Assembly (NCBI GenBank): GCA_965205015.1
Contig: OZ242029.1
Span: 256,001 to 320,000, forward strand
Source: Candidatus Poribacteria bacterium
GTDB lineage: Bacteria; Poribacteria; WGA-4E; WGA-3G
Reading direction: 5' to 3'
Length of the DNA: 64,000 nucleotides
In this document: positions 45,679-55,525 of the stretch, one piece after another
How the letters are laid out: each line of letters starts with the position of its first letter
Numbering within the stretch: position 1 is the first letter of the stretch
Program-made: the position numbers and the translations under genes
Notes under the pieces: model-generated
Seen by the model: only the letters and a program-made list of their open reading frames with translations
What the model was told of the DNA's origin: nothing
Database searches by the model: none

Positions 45679-48180
45679 ATGCGATTCATATCTCTGTTTT
45701 TGGCAATAGTTGCTTCGTTAATCCTGTCACATATCGCTTTTGCACAGGAGCATACTTACCTTACACATGGCGGTGTCGTTCGCACTGTCGCGTATTCGCC
45801 TGTCAATGCTTCCGTCATTGCGAGTGCAGGAGACACTGGCGAAATAAAACTGTGGGATTTGCAAAACGATACTGTCACAACGTTCAGAGGGCACACGCAT
45901 CCAGTCAATGCCCTGACATTTTCACCGAATGGACGGTGGCTGATCAGTGGCAGTGATGACGCTACATTCAGAGTGTGGGACGTTTCACAGGGGATACAAA
46001 TCAGGAGCCTCCAACACATCAACAATCGGACCCCCTCACAAATCAAAGCAGTGGCGTTTTCACCGAATGGACAACTCCTCGCCACAGCGGGGGTGCATGT
46101 CAAACTTTGGGATACCCGCAGTTGGTCCGAGATAACCACACTTCGACACGACGAGTGGATCTGGGCGGTTGCTTTTTCCAGCAATGGCACGCTACTCGCC
46201 ACGGGAGATACCAGCGGACAGGTTAACGTCTGGAACCTTCAAAACCAACGTCCCGTTACGCAACTCCATGTTGGTTCCAATTCCGTCTATACCGTCCAGT
46301 TTTCCCCGAACGACCAAATCCTTGCCGGAGCAGGATACGAAGGGAATGTCAAATTATGGACAGTCCCGAATTGGAAACCGCATGGCACGCTGACCTCTAA
46401 CAGCACAATCTCCGATATTAGTTTTTCGCTTGACGGCAGCATGCTCACGGGCACCGGATATGAATCTGTGAATCTCTGGAAGGTTGACAGTGGCGAGAAA
46501 ATTATCACGCTCACAGGACACACCGGATGGGTGAAAGCCGTCGCCTTCTCTCCAGATGGCAGTGCACTGATGAGTGGCGGTGAAGACGAAACGCTGCGAC
46601 TCTGGGATGTCACGCCCTATCGTTCCATCCTTCCGGATATGGTGCGAATTGTCTACTTCCTGCCGCGCGATCGCAGCACGCAACCCGGTATCTGGACAAA
46701 GGTGGATACGCTCATAAGGGATGTCCAACGTTTTTATGCAGACCAGATGGAAATTAACGGATTCGGTAGGAAAACCTTTACGTATGAAACCGATGATAAC
46801 GGCGACCTGCGGGCGTACCGCGTTGACGGACAATTCAGAGACCGATATTACCATACAGACACAGCAAACAAGGTCTACGATGAAGTCGCCTCTCTGTTTA
46901 ACACGGAAAAGCACATCTATCTCATCTTTGCAGATGTCAGTAGTGAGTTCATTGGGGCAGAAGGTAAGTGTGGTATCGGGGGCGGCAATTGGTTTGAGAA
47001 TGAACTTTTGGTAAGAGCCCGAGGGGGACGCGCTGTGATACCCGCCTCCGGTGTGTGTTTCGAGGGTGCGTATGGCGTTACTGTGGCGGCGCATGAGCTC
47101 GGACACGCCTTCGGCTTAGAGCACGACTTTCGAGACGATGCGTATATTATGTCCTACGGCGCAGCACCTGACCGATTGTCCAAGTGCGCCACCAGATGGT
47201 TGAACGCAAATCGCTTTTTCAACACCGACCAAACCGCCTACAATGAGCCAACAACGATTCAGATGCTGACACCCTCAGCTTATCTTGCAAACGCGAGAAA
47301 CTTTACGCTCCAATTTGAAGTAACGGACGCAGATGGTATCCATCAAGCCCAACTACTCGTCCCGGTGACCCCGGCGGACCCAGCATCGGGGGTCAAGTTA
47401 CACAGTTGTAAGGATTTACACACCCACAGCAGTATCCTTGAGTTTAGCACCCCAACGCTAACGGCCCGCCACATTAATGACATCGTGCTCCAAGTGATCG
47501 ATGTATATGGAAACATTACACGGCAGAATTACACACTCACAGCAAATAACGCCTTACTCTCCCAGAACCGCGCCGATGTCAACAGAGATGGAACGGTTAA
47601 CATCCTGGATCTCGTATGGGTATCGTCCCATTTTGGGCAGACGGGGAAAAATCGTGCGGATGTCAACGATGATGGTCTTGTCAACATCGCAGATCTCGTC
47701 TTGATCGCGGGGGCGTTAGGAGAAGGGGCAGCCACTGCGCCTACACTACGTCCATCGATTCTTGAAGGACTTCCTGCATCGGAGATCCAATACCTGCTAA
47801 CGCAGGCGCGTCAAATGGCACTGACAGAGCCCGCGTATTTGCGCGGCATTGCCGTGCTGGAGCAACTCCTTGACCGCTTACTGCCGAAAGAGACAGCACT
47901 GCTACCAAACTACCCGAACCCATTTAACCCAGAGACGTGGATACCCTATCAGTTATCGGAACCTGCGGAAGTGACGTTGCACATCTATGCTGTGAATGGG
48001 ACATTGGTGCGGACGTTGACGGTGGGGCATCAATCCGCTGGAATATATTACAGCAAAAGCCACGCGGCGTATTGGGATGGCAGAAATGAACAGGGAGAAC
48101 GCGTGGCAAGTGGCATTTATTTCTATACCTTGTCTGCAGGAGACTTCACAGCGACACGGAAGATGCTGATTCGGGAGTAG
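45679..48180 (+). CDS. Secreted WD40 + zinc metallopeptidase (HExxH) + dockerin + C-terminal sorting domain
   Basis: Signal peptide; 7 WD40 repeats; HELGHAFGLEHD/IMSY; DVNRDGTVNILDL; CTD. Confidence 0.9.
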   Translation: MRFISLFLAIVASLILSHIAFAQEHTYLTHGGVVRTVAYSPVNASVIASAGDTGEIKLWDLQNDTVTTFRGHTHPVNALTFSPNGRWLISGSDDATFRVWDVSQGIQIRSLQHINNRTPSQIKAVAFSPNGQLLATAGVHVKLWDTRSWSEITTLRHDEWIWAVAFSSNGTLLATGDTSGQVNVWNLQNQRPVTQLHVGSNSVYTVQFSPNDQILAGAGYEGNVKLWTVPNWKPHGTLTSNSTISDISFSLDGSMLTGTGYESVNLWKVDSGEKIITLTGHTGWVKAVAFSPDGSALMSGGEDETLRLWDVTPYRSILPDMVRIVYFLPRDRSTQPGIWTKVDTLIRDVQRFYADQMEINGFGRKTFTYETDDNGDLRAYRVDGQFRDRYYHTDTANKVYDEVASLFNTEKHIYLIFADVSSEFIGAEGKCGIGGGNWFENELLVRARGGRAVIPASGVCFEGAYGVTVAAHELGHAFGLEHDFRDDAYIMSYGAAPDRLSKCATRWLNANRFFNTDQTAYNEPTTIQMLTPSAYLANARNFTLQFEVTDADGIHQAQLLVPVTPADPASGVKLHSCKDLHTHSSILEFSTPTLTARHINDIVLQVIDVYGNITRQNYTLTANNALLSQNRADVNRDGTVNILDLVWVSSHFGQTGKNRADVNDDGLVNIADLVLIAGALGEGAATAPTLRPSILEGLPASEIQYLLTQARQMALTEPAYLRGIAVLEQLLDRLLPKETALLPNYPNPFNPETWIPYQLSEPAEVTLHIYAVNGTLVRTLTVGHQSAGIYYSKSHAAYWDGRNEQGERVASGIYFYTLSAGDFTATRKMLIRE

Positions 48181-48189
48181 GAATTATGC

Positions 48190-48218
48190 TTGACATCGTA
48201 CTCCGAGCGTGTTATACT
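48190..48218 (+). promoter_or_regulatory. sigma70 promoter
   Basis: TTGACA-N17-TATACT with extended TG. Confidence 0.75.
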
Positions 48219-48277
48219 TAACTTCGTAAAGTCAACTTTGTAACTCCCGTCGTTTAACCGCAAGGAATAATTAAAAA

Positions 48278-49069
48278 ATGAATCTCGGACTCACGGATAA
48301 AATTGCAGTCGTAGGTGCCTCAAGCAAAGGACTTGGGCGCGCAATTGCCCTCGGGTTAGCACACGAGGGCGCGAAGGTCACGATCTGCGCAAGAGAGAGT
48401 GACACCCTGGAAGCAACAGCAGACGACATTCGCAACCAGACCGGCACTGACGTTTTAGCGGTACCGACCGACGTCAGTCAACCCGAACAGGTTGAAAATC
48501 TCATTCGCACAGCGATTGGACACTTCGGTGGTATCGATATTTTGGTTAACAACGCCGGTGGCCCCAGAGCCGGACGGTTTGATGACTTGGAAGCACAGGA
48601 CTATCAAGATGCTGTCCAGTTGAACCTGATGAGCACGATAAACCTCTGCCGCGCCGTTGTTCCGACGATGCAGGCACGCGGCGGCGGACGGATCATCAAC
48701 CTTACCTCTGTCTCTGTTAAGCAACCCGTCGACGGACTGATGCTATCCAATATGGCACGGACAGGCGTCATTGGATTTGCGAAGACCCTCGCCACAGAGT
48801 TAGCACCCGACAAAATCCTCGTTAACAATGTCTGTCCCGGTATTATATTCACCGACCGCATCCGTCAACTCGCAACTGTCCGCGCAGAAGAGGGTGGCAT
48901 TACGTTTGATGAGGCACTCGCAAATATGACTGCAGATATCCCGCTCGGTAGAATCGGCGACCCAGACGAATTCGCAACCTTAGTCGTTTTTCTTGCATCC
49001 GAACGCGCAAGCTACATCACCGGAACGACAATTCAGGTAGACGGCGGTATGGTGAAGTCCCTGCTTTAA
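48278..49069 (+). CDS. SDR family oxidoreductase
   Basis: GASSKGLG, LVNNAGG, NNVCPG, ASYITG..IQVDGG; catalytic YxxxK replaced by SNMAR. Confidence 0.9.
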   Translation: MNLGLTDKIAVVGASSKGLGRAIALGLAHEGAKVTICARESDTLEATADDIRNQTGTDVLAVPTDVSQPEQVENLIRTAIGHFGGIDILVNNAGGPRAGRFDDLEAQDYQDAVQLNLMSTINLCRAVVPTMQARGGGRIINLTSVSVKQPVDGLMLSNMARTGVIGFAKTLATELAPDKILVNNVCPGIIFTDRIRQLATVRAEEGGITFDEALANMTADIPLGRIGDPDEFATLVVFLASERASYITGTTIQVDGGMVKSLL

Positions 49070-49177
49070 GGGTTATCAGTTGTCAGTTATCGGTTAAGAG
49101 AGGGTTTGTGGAATTGACGCAATATACAACCGCCATACATTTTAACTGATACCCCTTAGACGGAGGCATGATGAACG

Positions 49178-49903
49178 ATGTTAATATCCGTAATCATTCC
49201 TGCGTTTAATGAGGAGCAAACCATTGAACAGGTCGTTAAGGCTGTCAGTTCGTTACCCATCGAAAAGCAACTGATCGTTGTCAACGACGGTTCCACCGAC
49301 GGGACCTACAAGGTCGTTGAGGAATTGCGCGCGACTTATGAACTGACCGTCGTGCATTGCCAAGAGAACAGAGGTAAAGGATTCGCAATTCGGAGTGGAC
49401 TTCCGCACGTGAAGGGAGAGGTAGTCGTTATCCAAGACGCAGACATGGAATTAACACCAGCGGATCTCTCTACAGTCGTGAAACCGTTTGAAAAGCAGAA
49501 CGTTCAGGTCGTCTATGGATCAAGGTTTCTAAACGGACAGGGAAACGCCAGTCTTCAGAACTTCATCGCGAACCGGATCCTTGCTACCTACACAAATCTC
49601 CTTTACGGATGTCGAATTACCGATGAATCGACAGGCTACAAAGCCTTCTCAACAGAATTGATAACACGTTTAAATTTAACGTGTGAAGGATTTGAATTCT
49701 GCCCGGAGGTCACAGCAAAGATTTTGCGGGCAGGCTATTGTATCTATGAAGTGCCGGTCTCCTATTTTCCGCGCACGAAAAAGCAGGGCAAGAAACTCCG
49801 ATTCTGGTCGGATGGATTTTTTGCTGCATGGACGCTTTTAAAATATCGTTTTATTTCAGAAACTGAACTTTTCAAGAATACAACGCACGGTGAATTGCAT
49901 TAA
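49178..49903 (+). CDS. Glycosyltransferase family 2 (DPM1-like)
   Basis: VIIPAFNEE, VNDGSTDGT, NRGKG, QDAD, VYGSR. Confidence 0.92.
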   Translation: MLISVIIPAFNEEQTIEQVVKAVSSLPIEKQLIVVNDGSTDGTYKVVEELRATYELTVVHCQENRGKGFAIRSGLPHVKGEVVVIQDADMELTPADLSTVVKPFEKQNVQVVYGSRFLNGQGNASLQNFIANRILATYTNLLYGCRITDESTGYKAFSTELITRLNLTCEGFEFCPEVTAKILRAGYCIYEVPVSYFPRTKKQGKKLRFWSDGFFAAWTLLKYRFISETELFKNTTHGELH

Positions 49904-49935
49904 CAGACAATATTTGGAGGTTGAATCGAAGAATT

Positions 49936-51552
49936 ATGTTAAAAAAAACCGTTTATTCTATGCTTATTCTTCTACTGGTGGGCGGCGTGTCCCTCTTTGT
50001 GTTTGGGCACGGCAATCTCCCTACCCTATTGGAAGACGTTAATAAAGACGGCGAAGTGAACATCCAAGACTTGGTGCTTGTCGCCGGTTCCTTTGGTCAA
50101 CCCAGGGATCGTAACGCCGAACAGGATCCTGATGTGAATCGCGACGGGATTGTCAATGTCTTAGACCTCGTTCGTGTGAGCAACAGTTTTGGACAAACCG
50201 CCCCGAGTGAAAACTCAGCGTATCACGAGATTCAGGAGGCAGTCTTTGATAAGAGCTGCGCGAGCAGTGCCTGCCATGCCGCGCCTGCAAATTCCCGCGA
50301 TTTGAATCTCACCTACGGTCTCTCCTACGAAGCGTTGGTTGGCGTCGTGCCACAGAATCCCACAGCGGCAGCAGCGGGTATGAAACTCGTTGATCCAGGG
50401 AACCCAGAGAACAGCTTTCTTTTGACGAAACTAATGGGACCGACAGACCCAGCACAAGGGGCACGGATGCCGTTCGGTGGCGGGGTTATCCATACGGCGA
50501 AGATAAATGCGATTCGGACATGGATTGAAGCAGGCGCGCCACAGACCGGGAAAATCGCAGGTATCGCGGATCTCGGTGTTCTCCGCGATCCTGACGAAGT
50601 CTTTGAACCCCCCGCACCGCCTGCGCCTGGCGAAGGGTATCAACTCCATTTGCCGCCGTTCAAAATCGAACCCCACACTGAACGGGAGGTTTTTCACGCC
50701 ACCCAAATTGAGGATGAAAATGGAAACCCGGTAGAAGGAGACATCTTTATTAATCGAGTAGAGATTTTCTATCCGGCTGGGAGCCACCACTTCATCCTAT
50801 ATCGACTTACCGAAGAAGGTTTAGCGAAAGGTCTTTTGGATAACGGGATAATCCCTGATATTGCCGTTAATCCTGAACATAGGTTCCGCGAACTGGATAC
50901 AGATCACCCAGATCCGGTATTCGGCTACTTCGCTGTTGACAGACTTTTCGTCGTCGGAACACAAACCGATGATACCCTCTTTGAGTTCCCAGAAGGTGTA
51001 GGGCTACGACTCCCGGGGAATACTGTCTACGACCTGAATTCCCACTACATCAATCTGCTCGGCGACGAAACGCTGATTGGCGAAACCTACGTCAATATCT
51101 ACACAATTCCGGAGGCAGAAGTTCAGTACGAGGCATTTGAGATTTTCTACTCTAATCGGTCAATTAACGTGCCACCCGGAACAACGCGTGTCGCTAAAAT
51201 GACACAACTTGTTAAAGACGAACTGGGACGCCGAGGACATGCCCCGGAGGCGACGATGAGTGTCTTTTTGCTGACATCTCACATGCATCGGCACGGTGAA
51301 TTGTTTGAAATTTTTCAGAAGTCAACAGGCAATTTGTTGCACCGGAGTATTGCTTACGACGATGCACCGATTGATCTATTCGATCCGGTTCTTCGCTTAG
51401 ATCCGGATGATGGTCTCAGTTTCCAGTGTACGCATAACAACTACGATACAGATAAGCCCCTCAAATTCGGACTTACGTCTGAAGATGAGATGTGCCTCAT
51501 CTTTGGCTATTATTATGTCCCGACCGGCAGCGCGGGAGATATAATTAAGTAG
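49936..51552 (+). CDS. Exported dockerin + c-type cytochrome-like + copper type II (PHM/DBH-like) monooxygenase fusion
   Basis: DVNKDGEVNIQDL / DVNRDGIVNVLDL; CASSACH with RMP; SHHF, NSHY, SHMH, DEMC copper-ligand motifs. Confidence 0.75.
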   Translation: MLKKTVYSMLILLLVGGVSLFVFGHGNLPTLLEDVNKDGEVNIQDLVLVAGSFGQPRDRNAEQDPDVNRDGIVNVLDLVRVSNSFGQTAPSENSAYHEIQEAVFDKSCASSACHAAPANSRDLNLTYGLSYEALVGVVPQNPTAAAAGMKLVDPGNPENSFLLTKLMGPTDPAQGARMPFGGGVIHTAKINAIRTWIEAGAPQTGKIAGIADLGVLRDPDEVFEPPAPPAPGEGYQLHLPPFKIEPHTEREVFHATQIEDENGNPVEGDIFINRVEIFYPAGSHHFILYRLTEEGLAKGLLDNGIIPDIAVNPEHRFRELDTDHPDPVFGYFAVDRLFVVGTQTDDTLFEFPEGVGLRLPGNTVYDLNSHYINLLGDETLIGETYVNIYTIPEAEVQYEAFEIFYSNRSINVPPGTTRVAKMTQLVKDELGRRGHAPEATMSVFLLTSHMHRHGELFEIFQKSTGNLLHRSIAYDDAPIDLFDPVLRLDPDDGLSFQCTHNNYDTDKPLKFGLTSEDEMCLIFGYYYVPTGSAGDIIK

Positions 51553-51589
51553 GGGCTGGGTTACCCAACCCCTACCCCGCAAACAAAGG

Positions 51590-51620
51590 AAGGCGCGCTT
51601 TTTAAGCGCGCTTTTCTCTT
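51590..51620 (+). terminator. Intrinsic terminator, preceded by a GTAG...CTAC REP at 51550-51576
   Basis: GCGCGCTT-TTT-AAGCGCGC followed by TTTTCTCTT. Confidence 0.6.
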
Positions 51621-51622
51621 AC

Positions 51623-53506
51623 ATGACTAACAACTCAGGAAAAAATAACTTCATGGAAGCCCTTGCACGCCAGATTCTGGTGTGCGACGGGGCTATCGGA
51701 ACCGAACTCCGCAAACGGATTCCGTCATATCTACCATGTGTCGATGCCTGTAATATTTCTACAGAACACGCCGAGAAAGTTGTATCGGTTCATCGCGCTT
51801 ATATTGACGCGGGTGCTGATGTTATCCAAACGAATACCTATCAAGCAAACAGGGAAGCATTGGCAATTCACGGCTTGGCTGAACAGGTTGAAGAAATTAA
51901 CAGAACAGGTGTGTCCCTTGCACGAGCAGCGGCACAGGAGACATGCTATGTTGCTGGTGCCATCGGTCAAATTCCGTTCCAAACCTTAGAGACGCCAGTC
52001 CCAGCCACCAAGATAATCCGGCGACTTTTCAAGGAGCAGATGGACGCGCTCGTCGATGAAGGCGTTGATCTGCTCGTACTCGAAACTTTTGTCTCTCCAA
52101 AACAGGCAGAAATCGCTACAAAGCAAGCACTCACCTATGGTGTTCCTGTCGTCGTTGAAATCAGTGGCGTTTCAGGGGGGACTGTAGGCACTGGGGTAGA
52201 TGTTCGCGTCTTTGCCCAAGAACTGGAACAACTCGGCGCGCATGTAGTCGGCATCAATTGCAGAGGACCCCACGATCTCGTTGAGGCAATGGAGCTACTC
52301 GCGCCTGTCATCAAAGTCCCTATTGTCGTGCAACCGAACGCTGGTAATCCGAGAATAGAACAGGGCGAAATTGCCGTCTCTTACACAGTCGAGGCTGAAG
52401 TTTTTAGTGACTACATTGGAAAGTTAGTCGACCTTGGCGCGAACATGATCGGCGGCTGTTGCGGCACAACTCCCACATACACGGCAAAAATCCGACAGGC
52501 TGTCGCAGGGCGAAAACCCGTCCAACGAGAGCGACGTATTTTCGTACTCCCACAGATTACATCAACGTCCAAATCACCAACCGATAATCCTATTCAGCAA
52601 GTCTTTGAAACGCGCGAACGCATTGTCAGTGTAGAGATGCGCGCCAATACTTTTCCGCAATTGCGAGCGATGTTGAAAGAAGCAAAAAATCTCGCTGCAA
52701 TCGGTGTCGATTTATTTGATGTAACCGACAACTCCGGTGCCGCCGTGAACATCGGGGCTATCGCCACAGCCTATCAACTCCAGCAGGCAACCCAGATTCC
52801 GACGCTTATCCATTGGACAACCCGATCCCGGAATCTCATCAGTATGCAATCACATTTGCTGGAGGCGGAGGCATTGGGGATCCGAGGCATTGTCGCCTTA
52901 TCCGGCGACCATCCGAAAGCGGGACCTTATGAGACTGCCAGCCTCGTGCCGGATGTTCGCGGTGCGATTCAATTGATGCGACTCATCAACCGACTCAATC
53001 AAGGCGAACTCGCCGACGGCTCGTCGATCGGTGAACCGTGCGGTTTCTATTACGGCGGCGGCTTCACGATTGCTGAGAATTTGCAACCACACGTCAAGCA
53101 TCTCACAAATAAAGTGGCACATGGTGCGAAGTTCGCCTACACACAACCCGTCTGGACCTATGAGGATATCGTACGTGCGCAGCAGGCGACGGAACATCTC
53201 GATATAAAGATTCTCTACGGCATCCTTCCGCTTACGAGTTTCCGAAGCGCATCCTATCTACGCGACAATTTGGGACTTTACATCCCGCAGTTTATCGTTG
53301 ACAAATTCCGAGACCTCGGAGACATCAACGGACATGAACTCGGTATGCAACTGAGCTTAGAATTGGTTCAGGAGATCCGTAACCACAATGAATCCGCAAT
53401 CGACGGTATCTATTTGATCCCTCCTGCTCGCATGAATTGGAAAAACAGAGCCAGGGTCATTTCAGAAATCGTTAAAACTTATAGAGATGCACCCCTACGG
53501 GGTTGA
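51623..53506 (+). CDS. yitJ: Bifunctional homocysteine S-methyltransferase / 5,10-methylenetetrahydrofolate reductase (YitJ-like)
   Basis: DGAIGTEL, AGADVIQTNTY, GINC, PNAG, IGGCCGTTP; MTHFR half DVTDN, RSRN, SGD, AYTQP. Confidence 0.85.
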   Translation: MTNNSGKNNFMEALARQILVCDGAIGTELRKRIPSYLPCVDACNISTEHAEKVVSVHRAYIDAGADVIQTNTYQANREALAIHGLAEQVEEINRTGVSLARAAAQETCYVAGAIGQIPFQTLETPVPATKIIRRLFKEQMDALVDEGVDLLVLETFVSPKQAEIATKQALTYGVPVVVEISGVSGGTVGTGVDVRVFAQELEQLGAHVVGINCRGPHDLVEAMELLAPVIKVPIVVQPNAGNPRIEQGEIAVSYTVEAEVFSDYIGKLVDLGANMIGGCCGTTPTYTAKIRQAVAGRKPVQRERRIFVLPQITSTSKSPTDNPIQQVFETRERIVSVEMRANTFPQLRAMLKEAKNLAAIGVDLFDVTDNSGAAVNIGAIATAYQLQQATQIPTLIHWTTRSRNLISMQSHLLEAEALGIRGIVALSGDHPKAGPYETASLVPDVRGAIQLMRLINRLNQGELADGSSIGEPCGFYYGGGFTIAENLQPHVKHLTNKVAHGAKFAYTQPVWTYEDIVRAQQATEHLDIKILYGILPLTSFRSASYLRDNLGLYIPQFIVDKFRDLGDINGHELGMQLSLELVQEIRNHNESAIDGIYLIPPARMNWKNRARVISEIVKTYRDAPLRG

Positions 53507-53570
53507 AGATTGAACAGTTCCCGAAACCGTAGCGCGTAATGAAAGAGAGAGCGGATACACGGAGAGACAC

Positions 53571-55514
53571 TTGAAACCCCTAACCCACCTCACCGAACCG
53601 CAAGGTAAAATTAAAACACGCATTACAGGGCGCTCGCTTCTCTTAGGGATCCTACTCATCCCAGTCAATGTCTATTGGATGACCCTTGTTGAGGTGAAGT
53701 ATTACTCCCTTGACGGTTCGTGCCTCCCCTTATTTATCCAACCTGTTTTCATCATGTTCGTCTGTGTTGTCGCTAACCTTGTATTGAAACGCATTGCCCC
53801 GCGACAGATGCTACAACAAGGAGAACTGCTCGCCATCTATATTATGGTCGCCATTTCCTGCACGTTTGCCGGACACGATACGATGCAAAATATGTTCGGC
53901 AGTATCGCGCACCCTTTCCGGTTCGCGACTGAAGAAAACGAGTGGCAGACCCTCTTTTTCCGGTATCTACCGGCGTGGCTCACTATTTCTGACGCGCAAA
54001 GTTTGCAGGGGTTTTACGAGGGAGAATCCACCTTCTATACGAACCATAACTTTACAGTTTGGACAAAACCGTTGCTGTTCTGGGGACTCTTTTTCCTGAT
54101 TATGATGTTTATGATGCTCTGCATCAACACACTCGTCCGGAAGCGGTGGGCAGAACAGGAAAAATTGGCGTATCCGATTATTCAACTTCCGCTCCGACTT
54201 TCGGAAGATGGCGGCATCAGTCTCCTCAAAAATCGGATGATGTGGATCGGATTCAGCATCGCTGTCGTCATCGGCGTGATTAACGGGGTTCACTACCTCT
54301 TTCCACAGTTCCCGGAGATCCCCTATATCAAACGGACAGCCGTCTTCCGAGACATCTTCACCGACCGTCCATGGAACGTTATTCGTGGCACTCGAATTTC
54401 CGTTTATCCCTTTGCAGTTGGCTTGGCGTTTTTCCTGCCGCTGGACCTTTCGTTTTCGTGCTGGTTTTTCTTTGTCGTTCGCTTAGCGGAATTCGTCATC
54501 GGGGCGGCACTCGGCACGCGCTATTTCCCTGCCCTCAACGAACAAGCCTACGGCGCATGGATCGCGCTCTTCCTACTCGCTGTTTGGGTCACACGACGTC
54601 ACCTGACTGAAGTCCTGAAAAAGGTGCTTGGGTTCAAATCGCGTCTCGATGATACAGACGAACCGATGCCGTACCGTGCCGCCTTCCTCGGAATACTCGG
54701 TTCGCTCGTCGCCCTCGGTGTCTTTTCCTCTATAGCCGGGATGTCTTTATGGGTGGCAGGCATTTTCTTTGGTATCTATTTCCTGCTCTCCTTTGCAATT
54801 ACCCGGGTCCGTGCTGAACTCGGCACACCTCATGAAATTTACTACGTCAATCCGCACGACATGCTGGCGACAGTCGGCGGCACTCGGCAGTTTGATACAA
54901 GCAGCCTCACCATCATGTCCCTTTTCTACTGGTTCAATCGCGGTTACCGGAACCACCCGATGCCGAATCAGATTGAGGCGTTTAAACTCGCCGAATCAAC
55001 GGGAATGGGTAACCGACGTTTATGGATGGCGATGCTAATCGCGATTATCGTCGGCATTCTGGTAACCTTCTGGGCAAACCTTGACATCACCTTCCGAAAC
55101 GGTGCGGTTGCGAAAGCAGGCGGGTTCAAGGGGTGGGTCGGCAGGGAATCGTTCAGTCGGCTGCAACGCTGGCTACATAACCCAACGGAACCGAACGTGA
55201 TCGGCATCGGTTTCATGGGCATTGGCGCGCTCCTGACGTTCGTGATGATGTATATGCGGATGCATTTCCTGTGGTGGCCCTTCCACCCAGCGGGCTATGC
55301 CCTCGCGATTAGTTTCGCCATGGATTACTTCTGGTTCGCCTTCTTCGTGGCATGGTTCCTAAAGTTGATGATTTTACGGCACGGCGGTTTACGGTTGCAT
55401 CGTCAAGTCGCACCGCTCTTTTTAGGACTCATCTTAGGCGATTACGTCATCGGTAGCATCTGGGCAATTATTGGACCTTCATTCGGTTTACGCACCTACA
55501 AAATCTTTATTTGA
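53571..55514 (+). CDS. Polytopic membrane protein (DUF6785/DUF6784-like, putative transporter); start uncertain
   Basis: Many TM helices; RKRWAEQEKLAYP, TRVRAELG, WWPFHPAGY, FLGLILGD motifs. Confidence 0.75.
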   Translation: MKPLTHLTEPQGKIKTRITGRSLLLGILLIPVNVYWMTLVEVKYYSLDGSCLPLFIQPVFIMFVCVVANLVLKRIAPRQMLQQGELLAIYIMVAISCTFAGHDTMQNMFGSIAHPFRFATEENEWQTLFFRYLPAWLTISDAQSLQGFYEGESTFYTNHNFTVWTKPLLFWGLFFLIMMFMMLCINTLVRKRWAEQEKLAYPIIQLPLRLSEDGGISLLKNRMMWIGFSIAVVIGVINGVHYLFPQFPEIPYIKRTAVFRDIFTDRPWNVIRGTRISVYPFAVGLAFFLPLDLSFSCWFFFVVRLAEFVIGAALGTRYFPALNEQAYGAWIALFLLAVWVTRRHLTEVLKKVLGFKSRLDDTDEPMPYRAAFLGILGSLVALGVFSSIAGMSLWVAGIFFGIYFLLSFAITRVRAELGTPHEIYYVNPHDMLATVGGTRQFDTSSLTIMSLFYWFNRGYRNHPMPNQIEAFKLAESTGMGNRRLWMAMLIAIIVGILVTFWANLDITFRNGAVAKAGGFKGWVGRESFSRLQRWLHNPTEPNVIGIGFMGIGALLTFVMMYMRMHFLWWPFHPAGYALAISFAMDYFWFAFFVAWFLKLMILRHGGLRLHRQVAPLFLGLILGDYVIGSIWAIIGPSFGLRTYKIFI

Positions 55515-55525
55515 GGGCGAAAAAT

